Shown one piece after another: positions 11,141 to 25,035 of a stretch of 64,000 nt of DNA. Where the stretch lies: the NCBI GenBank assembly GCA_026770705.1, contig JANJGN010000140.1:1116001-1180000 (forward strand), written 5' to 3'. The DNA comes from Isurus oxyrinchus (lineage: Eukaryota). The notes under the pieces were generated by a model. It saw nothing but the letters and a program-made list of their open reading frames with translations. It ran no database searches and was not told where the DNA came from. Position numbers and translations under genes: made by a program. Positions within the stretch are counted from its first letter, which is position 1; each line of letters begins with the position of its first letter.

Positions 11141-14100
11141 TCCAATCCATTTCATTAGATCCATTTAGTTTGAAGTGTCTGAATCGTGCTGGGAGAATAC
11201 ATTGGCTAGACATTCACTTCATGTTGTGGAGTGAAGACAATGACCCATGGTGGAGAGACAAGACACAGAACCAGAGAGGAGAAAGAGACAGAGAGAGAGA
11301 CAGAGGATACAGGAAATCTGTACAAACACATTTGCCGTGACATTATATTTCATGATAAGTGGGAATCTTTCTTAATTCTCAACATAGATATCATCGTGAC
11401 ATAATTCTCACATAACTGATTTTAAAAATGTCCAAAAAACAATTGCTACTGGAATCTGTTGATGTATTTGCATGTTTGACTCCATTTCTGTGCTTTGTTG
11501 ATGGGGAAATATTTGCTGTGTTTTTGTGTCTCCAGAATCTAATCTGGTACTTCTATTTCTGTGTTTATTTACATAAACGCCTGACTGATTTCAATGAAGT
11601 GTTCATGGCAGCAAAACCAGATAAACACAGACACTTATTGATTGGTTCCAACTCAAAACAAGGGTTTATTTTAAGAATATTGACAGTTGGTACAAAATTA
11701 ATAGAAACCACTTCAAGATCCATTAGAACAGATGTTATTTATTTCAAACAATTAAAATTACATTTAAATTAATAATTCAGTTCTGAAAATTGTCCTATCA
11801 CAATCAACGAAGAATCTTTGAACAGGCTAGAATTCCACTGAATGTCAATTTATTGGAAGACTTAACCCATTTAAACCGGACAGTTTAAAACAGCAGCCAG
11901 AGGAGCGACCTATTATTATATTAGTCTCACAGTTTTCAACGTATCACAACTAGCATTTTAAAATGCTAACACTTAGAAAGAGTTTGCATTGAAAGAATGT
12001 TGATTATGACCTGATGAAACCCTAAAATCCTTAAAACTCATAGTTTTGTTGAAGTTTCGTCACTGCTGTGATGTTGGAAATCCATCCGGTGATTTGTGCA
12101 CAGCAAGATCCCATGAATAAAGCTGTGAAAAATGACTAGATAATATGTAATTTTAGTTGAAGAATGAATATTGGTGAAGGATAGTGGGAAGATCAGTCCT
12201 GCTCTACAGAGTAATACCAAGGGAGATTTTGCATCTGTCATCGACCTGCAAGTTTGATCTTTTTCTCTCTCTATTGATGCCCACTGACCTGCTGAGTGTT
12301 TTTTTTTTTGTCTTGCTTTAGTTTTCCAGAATCCGCAGTATTTTGCAGCGTTTTAATTTGTTCTTGGGATACGGGCGTCAACGATGAAGTAATTATTGCA
12401 CTTGGCCCTGTCTCAGTTTATATTCGTCCAGAACAGAATTCAGGAATCACTGCACTAGACACTGTCTCAGTTTATATTAATTTAGACACTGTGTCAGTAA
12501 TCACTGCAGTAGACCCTGTCTCAGTTTGTATTAATCTAGACGCTATGTCAGTAATCACTGCACCAGACCCTGTTTCAGTCTATAATAATCCAGACCCTGT
12601 ATCTGTCTTCTCTGCGCTAGACCCTGCCTCAAATTATATAAATCTAGACGCTGTATCAGTAAACACTGCACTGGATCCAGTCTCAGTTTTTAGTAATCTA
12701 GATGCTGAATCACTGCACTAGACCCTGCCTGAGTTTATATTAATCTTCAGTAATCACTACACAAACTCTGTCTCAGTTTCTATTAGTTTAGACCCTGAAA
12801 CAGTAATCACTGCAGTAGAGCCTGTCTTAGTTTATATTAATCAAGAGCCGGAATCAGTGATCACAGCAGTAGAGTCCATCTCAAGTTATATTAATCTATA
12901 ACCTTAATCAGTAATCATTGCACTTCACTCTGTCCCAGCTTATACTTATCTTGACCCTATATAAGTAATCACTGCACTATGCTCTGCCTCAGTTTATATC
13001 AAATTAGAGCCTGTATCAGTAATCATTACACTTGCTCCTGCCTCAGCTTCTATTAATCAAGACCTTGTATCAGTATTCAATGTCCAAGGCAGTGTCTCAA
13101 TTTATATTGATTTAGACCCTGTATTAGTAATCTCTGCATTAGATGCAGGCTCAATTTATGTTAATATAGTACCTGTATCAGTAATACGAGCATGATAGCC
13201 TGTCTTACTTCATATTAATCTAGTCCCTGTATCAGTAATCACTGCACTAGCCGCTGTCTCAGTTTATATTAATTTAGAGCCTGTATCAGTAATCACTGCT
13301 CTGGAAACTGCCTCAGTTTATATTACTCAAGACCCTGAAACAGGAATCACTGCATTATGCCCTGCCTCAGTATATATCAATCTATACCCTGTGTCAGTAA
13401 TCACTGCACTAGAAACTGTCTGAGTTTATATTAATCTAGACCTGTATCATTAATCAGTGCACTAGACCCTGCCTCAATTTTTATTGATCTTGGCCCTGTC
13501 TCAGTTATCTCTGCACTCGACCAAGTCTCAGTTTGTATTTATTTAGTCCCTGCAGCAGTAATCACTGCAACAACCCCTGTCCCAGTTATATTTATCTATG
13601 TCCTGTATCAGTGAACACTGCACCAGGCCCTGTCTCAGTTTATATTAAACTAGGCCCTGTCACTGTAATCACTGCACCAGGCCCTGTCTCAGTTAATATT
13701 TACCTAGAGCCTGTATCAGTAATCACTGCACTGAACACTGTCTCAGTTATGAAAACAAAAAAACTGCGGATGCTGGAAATCCAAAACAAAAACAGAATTA
13801 CCTGGAAAAACTCAGCAGGTCTGGCAGCATTGGCGGAGAAGAAAAGAGTTGACGTTTCGAGTCCTCATGACCCTTCAACAGAACTGAGTGAATATTAGGA
13901 GAGGGGTGAAATATAAGCTGGTTTAAGGTGGGGGTGGGGGGGTGGGTGGGTTGGGGGAGGGGGAGAGAAGTTGTGGTGGGGGGAGGCGGTGGTGTGGTTT
14001 AGGGACAAGCAAGCAGTGATAGGAGCAGATAATCAAAAGATATCACAGCCATTTCCGCCAACTCCAGCATGATGCCACCATCAAACACATCTTCCCTTCA

Positions 14101-14176
14101 CCACCCCTACCCCACCGCCCCCCCCCCCCCCCCCCCCCCCCCCCCATCCTCCCCAACCGGTGGCATTCTGTAGGGA

Positions 14177-14716
14177 TTGTTCCCTCCGGGACACCCTGGT
14201 CCACTCCTCCCCTACTCCTCAGCCCCCACCAATGGCACCTCCCCATGCCCATGCAAAAGATGCAACACCTGCCCCTTCACTTCCTCTCTCCTCCCCGTCC
14301 AAGGACCCAAACACTCCTTTCAAGTGAAGCAGCATTTCACTTGCATTTCCCCCAACTTAGTCTACTGCATTCGTTGCTCCCAATGTGGTCTCCTCTACAT
14401 TGGAGAGACCAAACGTAAACTGGGCGACCGCTTTGCAGAAAACCTGCGGTCTGTCTGCAAGAATGACCCAAACCTCCCTGTCGCTTGCCATTTTAACACT
14501 CCACCCTGCTCTCTTGCCCACATGTCTGTCCTTGGCTTGCTGCATTGTTCCAGTGAAGCCCAACACGAACTGGAGGAGCAGCACCTCATCTTCCGACTAG
14601 GCACTTTACAGCCTTCTGGACTGAATATCGAATTCAACAACTTTATGATCTTGACCTCCCTCCTCCATCCCCACCCCCTTTCTGTTTCTTCCACCTTCCT
14701 TTTGTTTTTCCAATAA
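14177..14716 (+). pseudogene. GIY-YIG endonuclease domain of a Penelope-like element (truncated)
   Basis: PCKRCNTCP...FTCISPNLVYCIRCSQCGLLYIGETKRKLGDRFAE...PVACHFN...EQHLIFRLGTLQPSGLNIEF. Confidence 0.9.
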
Positions 14717-15036
14717 TTTATATAAATTTTTCTTTTCCCACTTATTTCCATTATTTTTAATTTTTTTATACCCAGCTAGTCTTTCCACCCCACCCCCACT
14801 AGAGCTGTACCTTGAGTGCCCTGCCATCCATTCTTAATTTGCACATTTGTTTAGATATCACCACCTTCAACACCTCTTTGTTCTTTTGTCTGTGACACCT
14901 TTTGATTAACTGCTTCTATCACTGCTTGCTTGTCCCTACAACCACACCAACACCACCACCCCCCCCCGACTTCTCTCCCCCCACCCCTTCCCCCCTTAAA
15001 CCAGCTTATATTTCATCTCTCTCCTAATATTCACTC

Positions 15037-15075
15037 AGTTCTGTTGAAGGGTCATGAGGACTCGAAACGTCAACT
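15037..15075 (+). ncRNA. Minimal type I hammerhead ribozyme (variant core CUGUUGA)
   Basis: AGTT-CTGTTGA-A-GGGTC-atgag-GACTC-GAAAC-GTC-AACT: helix I AGTT/AACT, helix II, palindromic ACGT helix III, GUC cleavage site. Confidence 0.75.
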
Positions 15076-18000
15076 CTTTTCTTCTCTGCCGATGCTGCGA
15101 GACCTGCTGAGTTTTTCCAGGTAATTCTGTTTTTGTACTGTCTCAGTTTATATTGATTCAGACACTGCATCAGTAATCACTGCAATGGACACTGTCTCAG
15201 TTTATATTGATCGAGACCCTGTATCAGTAATAGCTGCACTAGCTCCTGTCCTAGTTTATATTTATCTCGGCCCTGTATCAGTAGTATCTGCACTCAGTCC
15301 ATATCAATCCAGATCCTGTGTCAGTAATCAACGCATTGGACACTGTCTCAGTTTATATTAGTACAGATACTGTATCAGTAATCACTGCACTCGACCCTGT
15401 CTCAGTTTATATTAATCTTGACCCTGTATCAGTTATCATTGCAGTAGGCCCAGTCTCAGTTTGTATTTATCTCAGCCCTGTATCAGTAAACATTGCACTG
15501 GACATTGTCTGAGTTTAAATTAACCTAGACCCTGTATCAGTAATCATTGCATTAGGCCCTGTCTCAGTTTGTATTAATCTGGACCCTGTAACACTAATCA
15601 GTACACAAAGCCCTGTCTCAGTTTATATTCTTCTAGACCACATGTCAGTTATCTCTGCACTATGCTCTGTCCCAGTTTATTTTTCTCTCAGCCCTGTATC
15701 AGTAAGCACTGCACTGGACACTGTCTGAGTTTCAATTGATAAAGAGCATGTATCAGTAAACACAGCACCCGACCCTGCCTCAGTTTCTATTAATCTAGAC
15801 CCTGTATTAATAATGACTGCATTGGGCACCATCTCAGTTTATATTGATCCGGATCCTGTATCATTAATCATTGCACTAGCTTCTGTCCTAGTTTATATTT
15901 ATTTTCGCCCTGCATTAGTTATCACTGCACTGGGCTCTGTGTCAGTTTATGTTAATCTAGACCCTGTATCATTAATCTCTGCATTATGCCCTGCCTCAGT
16001 TTTTATCAGTCTAGACTCTGTATCAGTAATCACTGCACTAGGCTCTGTATCAGTTGATATTAGTCTAGACCCTGTATAGGAACACTGTACTGGTCACTGT
16101 CTTGGTTTATATCGATCCAGACCCTGTATCAGTAATGATTGCAATACAGCCTGTCTGATTTTATATAAATCCAACCTTGTATCACTAATCACTGCAGAAG
16201 GCCCTGCCTGAGTTCATCTTAATCTGGTGCCTATATCAGTAATCACTGCAGTATGTGCTGACTCAGTATATATGAATTAGGACCCTGTAACATTAATTAG
16301 TGCACTAGACCCAGTCTCAGTTTATATTGTTCTAGACCCTGTATCAGTTACCTCTGCACTATCCCCTGCCCCACTTCGTGTCAACCTAGATCCTGTAACA
16401 GTAATCACTGATATTTGGCCCTGTCTCAGTTTATATTAATCTAGACCCTTTATCAGCAATCACTGCACTGAACACTTTCTCAGTTTATATTGATACTGAC
16501 CCTGCATCAGAAATCACTGCACTAGACACTATTTCAGTTTATATTAATCTAGACCATGTATAATAATCAGTGCAACAGGCACTCTCACTTTGTATTGATC
16601 TGGGCTCTGTGTCAGTAATCACTGCAATAGCTGCTGTCCTCATTTTTATTTATCTAGGCCCTGTATCAGTGAACACTGCACCAGGCCCTGTCTCAGTTTA
16701 TATTAAACTAGGCCTTGTATCAGTAATCACTACACTTGGCCCTATCTCAGTTAACATGTATCTAGACCCTGTATCAGTTATCACTGCCCCAGCCTGTGTC
16801 CTAGTTTATATTTATCTAGGCCCTGTATCAGTAATATCTGCACTCAGTTCATATCAATCCATGTCCCGTATCAGTATTCAATGCATTGGACACAGTGTCA
16901 GTTTATATTAGTCCAGACCCTGTATCAGTAATGACAGAACTAGATGATGTCTCAGATTATATTTGTCCAGGTACTGTATCAGTAATGACTGCACTGGATC
17001 CTGTGTCAGCTTATATTAATCTAGACCCTGTATCAGTAATCACTGCAGTAGGCCCAGTCTCAGTTTATATTTATCTCAGCGCTATATCAGTAAAGACTGC
17101 ACTGGACATTATCTGAGTTTATACTGATCAACACCATGCTCAGTAAACACTGCACTCGTCCCTGGCTCATTTTCTATCAATCTAGACCCTTTATTAGTAA
17201 TGACTGCACTGGACACTGTCTCAGCTTATATTAATGTGGACCCCGTAACAGTAACCACTGCACTAGAGCCTGTCTCAGATTATATTTTGCTAGACCCTGT
17301 ATCAGTATTCACTGCATTATGCCCTGCATCACTGAATATCAACCGAGACCCTGTAACAGTACTCACTGCATTTGGACCTGTCTCAGTTTATATTGATTCA
17401 GACCCTGCATCAGGAATCACTGCACTAGACCCTATCTCAGTTTATATTAATCTAGTCCCTGAATAATAATCAGTGCAATGGACACTCTCACTTAGTATTG
17501 ATCTAGATCCTGTATCAGTAAGCACTAGTTTTTATTTATCTAGGCCCTGTATCAGTAGACACTGCATGATGGCCTGCCTCATTTTATATCAATCTAGACC
17601 CTGTATCAGTAACCACTGCACTAGACTCTCTCTCAGCTTATATTGATCTAGACCCTTCATCAGTAATCACTGCACTAGACCCTGTCTCAGTTTATATTAC
17701 CCTAGACCCTGTATCAGTAATCACTGTGCTATGACCTGTCTCATCCATATTAATCCAGGCCCTTTATGAGTAATCACTTCACTAGACCCTGTCTCCATTT
17801 ATATTAGCCCATACCCTGTATCAATAATGACAGAACTAGGGAATGCCTCAGTTTATAGGAGCCCAGACCCTGTATCAGTAATCACTGCACTAGCCCCTAT
17901 CCCAGTTTACATTGATCTAGACCCTGTATCAGTAATCACTCCACTTGGCCCTATCCCAGTTTATATTAGCCTAGACCCTGTATCAGTCATCACTGTACTA

Positions 18001-21000
18001 TGACCTGTCTCATTTCATATTAACCTAGGCCCTTTATGAGTAATCACTGCAATAGACCCTGTCTCAGTTTATATTAATCAGGACCCTTTGTCAGTAATCA
18101 CTGCACTAGATCCTGCATCTGTTTCTATTAATCTAAACCCTATATCAGTAATCACGGCACATGGCCCTGTCTCAGTTTACATCAACCCAGACTCCGTAAC
18201 AGTACTCACTGGACTTCGCCCTGCAACAAGTTTTATTATTCTAGACCCTGTATCACTATTTACTGCACTAGCCCCTGCCCTAGTTTATATTAGTCTAGAT
18301 CCAGTATCAGTGATCACTGCACTAGGCCCAGCCTCACTTTATATCAACCTAGGCCCTCTATCAGGAATCAATGCACTAGACCCTGTCACAGTTTATATTC
18401 ATCTAGATCCTGTGTCAGTAGTCATTGCACTAGACACTGTCTAAGTTGACACTGATCTAGACTTTTTTCAGTATCAATTTATATTTTATTTTGCCCTTCC
18501 TCAGCTTTTATCAATCTAGGCACTGTATCAGTAATCACCGCACTAGGCCCTGCCTCAGTTGATATGAAATAGGCCCACTGTCAGTAATTACTGCACTAGA
18601 CTCTGCCTTAGTTTATATTGATTTAGAGCCTGCATCAGTAATTACTGCACCAGGCCCTGTCGCAGTTTATATCAATCAAGATCCCATGTCAGTAATCACT
18701 ACACTGGACACTGCCTCAGTTTATATTTACCTAAAGCCTGTATCGGTAATCTCTGCACTGGACACAGTCTCAGTTTATATTAATCAAGACCCTGTATCAG
18801 TAATCAATGCAATAGATGCTGTCTCAATTGATATTGATCTAGACCTGTATAAGTAATCATTGCTCTTGACCCTGTCTCAGTTTACATTAATCTTGGCCCC
18901 ATATCAGTTATCTCTGCACTAGACTCTGTCCCACTTTATATTAGCTTAGCCCCTCAATCAGTAATCACTGCACTAGGTCCAGTCTGAGTTTATATTAATT
19001 TAGTCCCTGCAGCAGTAATCACTGCAAGAGCTTCTGTCCCAGTTATATTTATCTAGGCCCTGTATCACTGAACATTTCACCAGGGCATGTCTCAGTTTAT
19101 GTTGGTTCAGAAGCTGTTTCAGTATTCACTGCACTCGACTCTGTTCTGGTTATAACAATTTGCACCCCGAACCAAAAAGCATGGCACTGGACTATTTCTC
19201 AGTTTATATTAATCTAAAGCCTTTATCAATAATCACTGCATTATGCCCTGCCACAATTTATATCAATCTAGTCCCTCTATCAGTAATCACTGCACTAGGC
19301 CCTCTCTAAGTTCATATTAACCTCAAACCTCCATCACTAATCATGACAATGGCCCTGTCTCAGGTTATATTATTTCAGAGCCTGTGTCAGTATTAACTGC
19401 ACAAGACCCTGTCTCATTTAATATCAATCCAACCCTGCATCACAAATCACAGCACTAGGCCCTGTCTCAGCTTATATCAATCTAGACCCTGTAACAATAA
19501 TCATTGCACTTGGCCTTGTCTCATGTTCATATTAATTTCAACCCTTTATCAGGAATCACTGCACAATTTTATATCAATTTAGACCCTATATCAATAATCA
19601 CTGCACTAGACCCTGCATCATTTTATATCAATTTCAACCCTAAATCAGTAATCACTGCAAATGAGCCTCTCTCTGTTTATATTAATCTAGGCTCTGTGTC
19701 AGTAATCATGGCAGTAGGCCCTGTCTCAGTTTATATTTATCTCAGCTTTGTATCTATAATCACGGCGCTGGACATTGTCTGAGTTTATATTGATTGAGAC
19801 CATGTATCAGTAAATGCAGCACTAGATCCTATCTCACTCTATATTAATCTAGATCCTGTAACAGGGTTGAGTGCAGTGATTACTGAAACAGCTTCTGAAC
19901 CAACATAAACTGAGACATGCCCTGGTGAAATGTTCACTGATACAGGGCCTAGATAAATATAACTGGGACAGAAGCTCTTGCAGTGATTACTGCTGGAGGG
20001 ACTAGATTAGCATAAACTCAGACTGGAACTAGTGCAGTGATTACCGATTGAGGGGCTAAGCTAATATAAAGTGGGACAGAGTCTAGTGCAGAGATAACTG
20101 ATATGGGGCCAAGATTAATGTAAACTGAGACAGGGTCAAGAGCAATGATTACTTATACAGGTCTAGATCAATATCAATTGAGACAGCATCTATTGCATTG
20201 ATTACTGATACAGGGTCTTGATTAATATAAACTGAGACCGTGTCCAGTGCAGAGATTACTGGTACAGGCTCTAGGTAAGTATAAACTGAGGCAGCGTTCA
20301 GTGTAGTGATTACTGACATGGGATCTTGAATGATATAAACTGCGACAGGGCCTGGTGCAGTAATTACTGATGCAGGCTCTAAATCCTGTATCAGTCATCA
20401 TTGCACTCTGGCTTGACTCAGTTTATATTAGTCCAGACCATCTTTCACTAATCACTGTACTAGGCCCTCTCTCAGTTTATATTAATCTAGACCCTGTATC
20501 AGCAATGACTGTGCTAGACCTTGTCTCAGTTTATATTGATCTGGACCCTGTATCCGTAATCACTGCACTAGACTCGGTCTCATTTTATATTTACCTCGGC
20601 CCTAAATCAGTAATCAGTGCACTGGGCATTGCCTGAGTTTATATTGATTGAGACCATGCATCAGTAAACACTGAACTAGACCATGTGTCAGTTACATTGA
20701 GCTATACCCTGTATCAGTAATCACTGCAAAGGGCACTGACTCAGGTTATATTGATCAAGACCCTTTTTAAAGTTATCACTGTAAAGGGCACTGTCTCAGC
20801 ATATACTGATCTTGAACCTGTATCAATAATCACAGCACCATGCCCTGTCACAGTTTATATTAATGTAAGTCCTGAGTCTGTCATGAATGCACTAAGCTGT
20901 GTCTCAGCTTATATTCAGCTAGACCTGCAGCAATCACTGCACTAGGCCCTGTCTCAATTTAGATTAATCTCGGCCCTGTATCAGTCATCTTTGCAGTATG

Positions 21001-21049
21001 CCCTGCTTCAATTTGTTTCAGTCTAGACCCCTGTATCAGCAGTCACTGG

Positions 21050-22305
21050 AAATCTGAAAGAAAAGCAAGAAATGCTGGAAAATCTCACCTGTGGTGAGAG
21101 AAGCAGAGCTAACTTTTTGAGACCATCTGACTCTTCTTCAGAGTGAAATAGAATTCAAAGTGCGATGACATTTGTTGTTTAAGCGCAGTAGAGCAGGTGA
21201 GTCTGGATAGAAGGCAAGCAATAGGTGGGGGTAAGGTGAGACTGATAAATATCATGGGAAAAAGAAAAAGGGAGTGTCACTGGTAGTGGTAAGATTAAAG
21301 TAGGTGCTGATAGAATCATAAAGGTAAGAAATCAGAATGTGTTAATAGCAGACTGAGAAATAACAACAGGGAACAAGTAATGATGGCACCTTTAGGGGTG
21401 TGGTAGGGGGACGAGGCGGTGGTTGGGGAAAAACCGTACAAAAAGGAATAGAAATGGGGATTAAAAAAGGGATAAAAGGATGAATAAATGAGTAAGGCTG
21501 TAAAGTGCATAATCAGAAGATGAGGTGTTGTTCCTCCAGTTTCACTGGAACATTGCAGCAGGTCAAAGAGGAACATATGGGTATGAGAGCAGGATGGTGT
21601 GTTGAAATTGCAAGCGACAGGAAGGTCTAGGTCATACTTGCAGACAGACCGAAGGTATTCCATAAAGCCATCTGCCAGTCTGCGTATGGTCTCCCCGATG
21701 AAGTGGAGAACGCATTGGGAGTAGCAAATGCAGGAGGCCAAATTGAAGGAGGTGCAATGAATTGGTTCTTCACCTGCAAGGAATATTTGGCCCTTGGATA
21801 GTGAGGAAGGAGGAGGTAAATGGGCAAGTGTTGCATCTTCTCTTATTGCTTGGGCAAATGCCTTGGGAAGGGGATGAGGTGCTGGAGGTGTTGGAGGACT
21901 GGACCAGACTGTCCCAGAGGGAATGGCCTCTATGGGGGTGTGGGTGGTGGTGTGGTGGTGAGGGGTGTGGTGGTGAGGGGAAGATGTGATTGATGATGGC
22001 ACCATGCTGGAGTTAGCAGAAATGGCGGAGGATGATCCTTTGAATGCAGAGGCTGGTGAGGTGAAATGAGAGAACAAGTGGGACCCTATTATGATTCTGT
22101 GAGAGAGAGGAATGTGTGAAAGCAGAGACGTGGGAGATAGGTCAGACACAGTTGAGGGCCCTGTCAACCACAGTGGGTGGGAAGCTTGTTTAAGGAAGTA
22201 GGAAGGCATGTCAGAAGCATCGTTTTGGCCTCATCAGAACAGGTACGAAGCAGGCGAAGGAGCTGAGTGAATTTAGTGGTGGTTTTCCAGCATTTTCTGC
22301 TTTTA
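21050..22305 (-). mobile_element. Older Penelope-like element (GIY-YIG remnant), minus strand
   Basis: ORF 21316-22209 contains HCTSFNLASCICYSQCVLHFIGETIRRLADGFMEYLRSVCK...PVACNFN; a terminal repeat-like end lies at ~21050-21140. Confidence 0.85.
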
Positions 22306-22790
22306 CATCAATTTAGACCCTGTATCAGTAATCATTGTATTGGTCCCTGCTCAGTTGATACTAATCTCGGCCCTGTGAAAGTAATCACTTCACTGGGCCC
22401 TGTCTCAGTTTACATCAATCCAAGCCCTGTATCAGTTATCATTGCACTAGGCCCTGTCGCAGTTGATAATAAACCATGCCCTGTTTCAGTAATCACTGCG
22501 CTAGACCCTACCTCAGTTTATGTCAATCAAGGCCCTGTTTTAATAATTCCTATACAGACCTGGTTCAATGTATTTCACACCCTCATTTGTAACTGTAAAT
22601 GCTAAACTATGCTTTGCTTAAGTTACTGTTGCACTAGAGACCGTCATTATTAATAGTACAATGGGCCCTTCCTTATTTATTACTGCAGTCCTCCATATCT
22701 CTATTTGTGTTGCAATTGGTCCTTTCCCAGTTATCACTACACCTGACCCTGCTGCTGTTTATAATATTAGACTTTGTACCAATTAGCACT

Positions 22791-22950
22791 AAAATAAAAA
22801 CAGAAATACCTGGAAAAACTCAGCAGGTCAGAGAAGAACAAAGTTGCCGTTTCGAGTCCTCATGACCCTTCAACAGAACTAAGTAAAAATAGGAGAGGGG
22901 TGAAATATAAGCTGGTTTAAGGTTGGTGCGGGGGGCGGGGGGGGGGGGGG
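22791..22950 (-). mobile_element. Penelope-like terminal repeat fragment with antisense hammerhead
   Basis: cctggaaaaactcagcaggtc...gtttcgagtcctcatgacccttcaacagaact. Confidence 0.85.
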
Positions 22951-23074
22951 TCTTATATGATGCTTCATTTATTAATGCACATAGCCGTGCCTTTATATAT
23001 ACTGCAAGTGACAATTTCTGAGCTGCTGTTGCATTGCACAAAGTCCCCATTTGTATTTTATTAGGATTCACCTG

Positions 23075-24215
23075 ACAACCAACTTGTGAGAAAAGTTATT
23101 GCTCATGGAATAAAAGGGATAGTGGCAACGTGGACATAAAATTGGCTGAAAAAAAGGAAGCAGGGGGTAATGGTCAATGAATGTCTTTCGGGCTGGAGGA
23201 ACATTTGTAGTGGAGTTCCCCAGGGATCGTTATTGGGACCCTTGCTTTTCCTGATGTATATTAATGATTTAGACCTTGGTGTGCAAGGGACAATTTGAAA
23301 GTTTGAGGATGTTAGGAAGCTTGGGAGTGTTGTAAACTGCGAGAACGGTGTGGAACTTCAAAAGGATACAGACAATTTGTTGGAGTGGGCAGATAGGTGA
23401 CAGATGAAGTTTGATGTGAAGTGTGGGGTGAAAGAACATTTTGGTTGAAAGAACATCGATTGATAATATAAAATAAGGGGTGCAATTTTGAAAGGAGTGC
23501 ATGAGCGGGAAGACTTAGGCATATTTGTGCACAAATCATTGAAAGTGGCAGGACAGGTGGAGGGAGCAGTTAATTCAACATCTAGTATCCTGGGCTCTAT
23601 TAATAGGGGCATAGAGTACAAGATCAGGGAGGTTATGCTGAATTTATAAAAGGTCCTCGTTAGACCTCGGCTAGAATATTGTGTACCGTCCTGGGTACCA
23701 TATTATAGGAAGGATGGGAATATGTTGGAGAGAGTGCTGAAGAGGTTTACAAGAATGTTCCCAGGGATGAGAAACTTCAGCTATGAGGATAGATTGAAGA
23801 GGTTGGGGCTGTTTTCCATGGGGAGGAAAAGGCTGAGAGGAGATTTGATTGAAGTTTTCAAAATCATGTGTGGGCTGGACAGAGTAGAGAGGAAGAAGCT
23901 GTTCCCACTCGTAAAATGACCAAAAACGAGAGGTCACAGATTTAAAGTGATTTGCAAAAGAAGCAGATGTGACGTGAAAAAAAAAAAATCACCCAACGAG
24001 TGGTTCGGGTCTGAAATACACTGCCTGGAAGTGTGAGGGAGACAGGTTCAATCGAGGCATTCAAGAGGGAATTAGATGATTATTTGAATAAAACAAAGTG
24101 CAAGGGTACGGGGAAAATTCAGAGCAATTGCATAAGGTCAGAGTGCTCATTTGGACAGCCGGTGCAGACAAGATGGGCCGAATGGCCTCCTTCTGTGGTG
24201 TTAAAGTTCTGTGAT
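23075..24215 (+). mobile_element. CR1 LINE 3' part (RT C-terminus and 3'UTR)
   Basis: SGVPQGSLLGPLLFLMYINDLD, LERVLKRFTRMFPG...SYEDRLKRLGLFS...RLRGDLIEVFKI, and the 3' end atgggccgaatggcctccttctgtg. Confidence 0.92.
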
Positions 24216-24837
24216 TCTTTGATATTACTGTATTAGGCTGCTTCATTAATTACTGTGCTCTCCTCTGTCTCACCTTATATTATAAATGTCCTATCCCATT
24301 TATTAATAAACTAGACCGAGTTTCAGTTATTACTGCATTATGAAAGGTTTCTACTAACTAGACAGAGCTAGCGAGAAAGTGAGGTGGATAGACGGATGTT
24401 AATTTTTAAAATGTTAGAATATACCGCAGGTAAAAAGGGGTTGGGAGAATACGTTTAGTCTTGTTAATAACTATTAGCCGTTGGGTGCAATTTCTAATTG
24501 CTCTGGTGTAATGTGTGTAATGTTTGTGTTGAAAAATTGGGGTGAATCTTGTAACATTTTCTTAATCAGACTGATTAACAGAAATAAAGGTGAACCACAT
24601 TGCACTGCACATTGCACAACTTAGTCACGAGCAGAAATGTCTTCGGGATGACTCACCCATACTTGAGTTGATCAGTGGCAATTGCTCACAGTTTTCTTTA
24701 ATTTCCAGGTTTTTTTTTCCACTTTTCCAATAGGAATTTCTGTTTGCTTTTGGCGTGTCCACTGATTGTGAGAGACTGGGTCTGAAATCGCGTCCTCAGA
24801 CGAATAGGCGGCCGCAGGCTCCTAATAACTAATGCTT

Positions 24838-24947
24838 CTGTGTGTGAAAGGTGTGAGTGTGTGTGCATGTGTCTGTGTCAGTGTGTGTGTCTGTGCATGT
24901 GTGTGTCACTGTGTTTCTAAGTATGTGTGCGTCTGTGCTTGTGTGTG

Positions 24948-24983
<36 letters not shown>

Positions 24984-25035
24984 TGCATGTGTGTCTGTGT
25001 GTCTGCGTGCCTGTGTGTGTGTGAATGTGTGTAGT
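24838..25035. repeat. (TG)n microsatellite, degenerate
   Basis: Visible TG run. Confidence 0.95.

Larger units (their letters stand above)
13749..15136 (+). mobile_element. 5'-truncated Penelope-like retroelement with inverted terminal repeats and GIY-YIG endonuclease
   Basis: 13752-14045 is an inverted copy of ~14890-15136, with a ~33-bp extension on the left arm. The internal ORF is GIY-YIG, and the element is flanked by actgtctcagtt (13737-48 / 15137-48). Confidence 0.93.
12390..22790 (+). repeat. 54-bp higher-order satellite (alternating 27-bp subunits), interrupted by two Penelope-like elements and an inverted block
   Basis: CTAGACCCTGTATCAGTAATCACTGCA alternates with CTAGACCCTGTCTCAGTTTATATTAAT. 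This produces the LDPVSVITA/LDPVSVYIN ORFs in the track. Confidence 0.97.

Noticed and set aside
12296-22605. Many ORFs with LDPVSVITA/LDPVSVYIN repeats suggesting a repeat protein
   Set aside because: The unit length of 27 is a multiple of 3, so open frames are expected. Stops and frameshifts are frequent and there is no gene structure.
12390-22790. Satellite as a CRISPR-like or RSS array (CACTGCA motif)
   Set aside because: There are no unique spacers and the context is eukaryotic. The motif is not CACAGTG, and no nonamers occur at 12/23 spacing.
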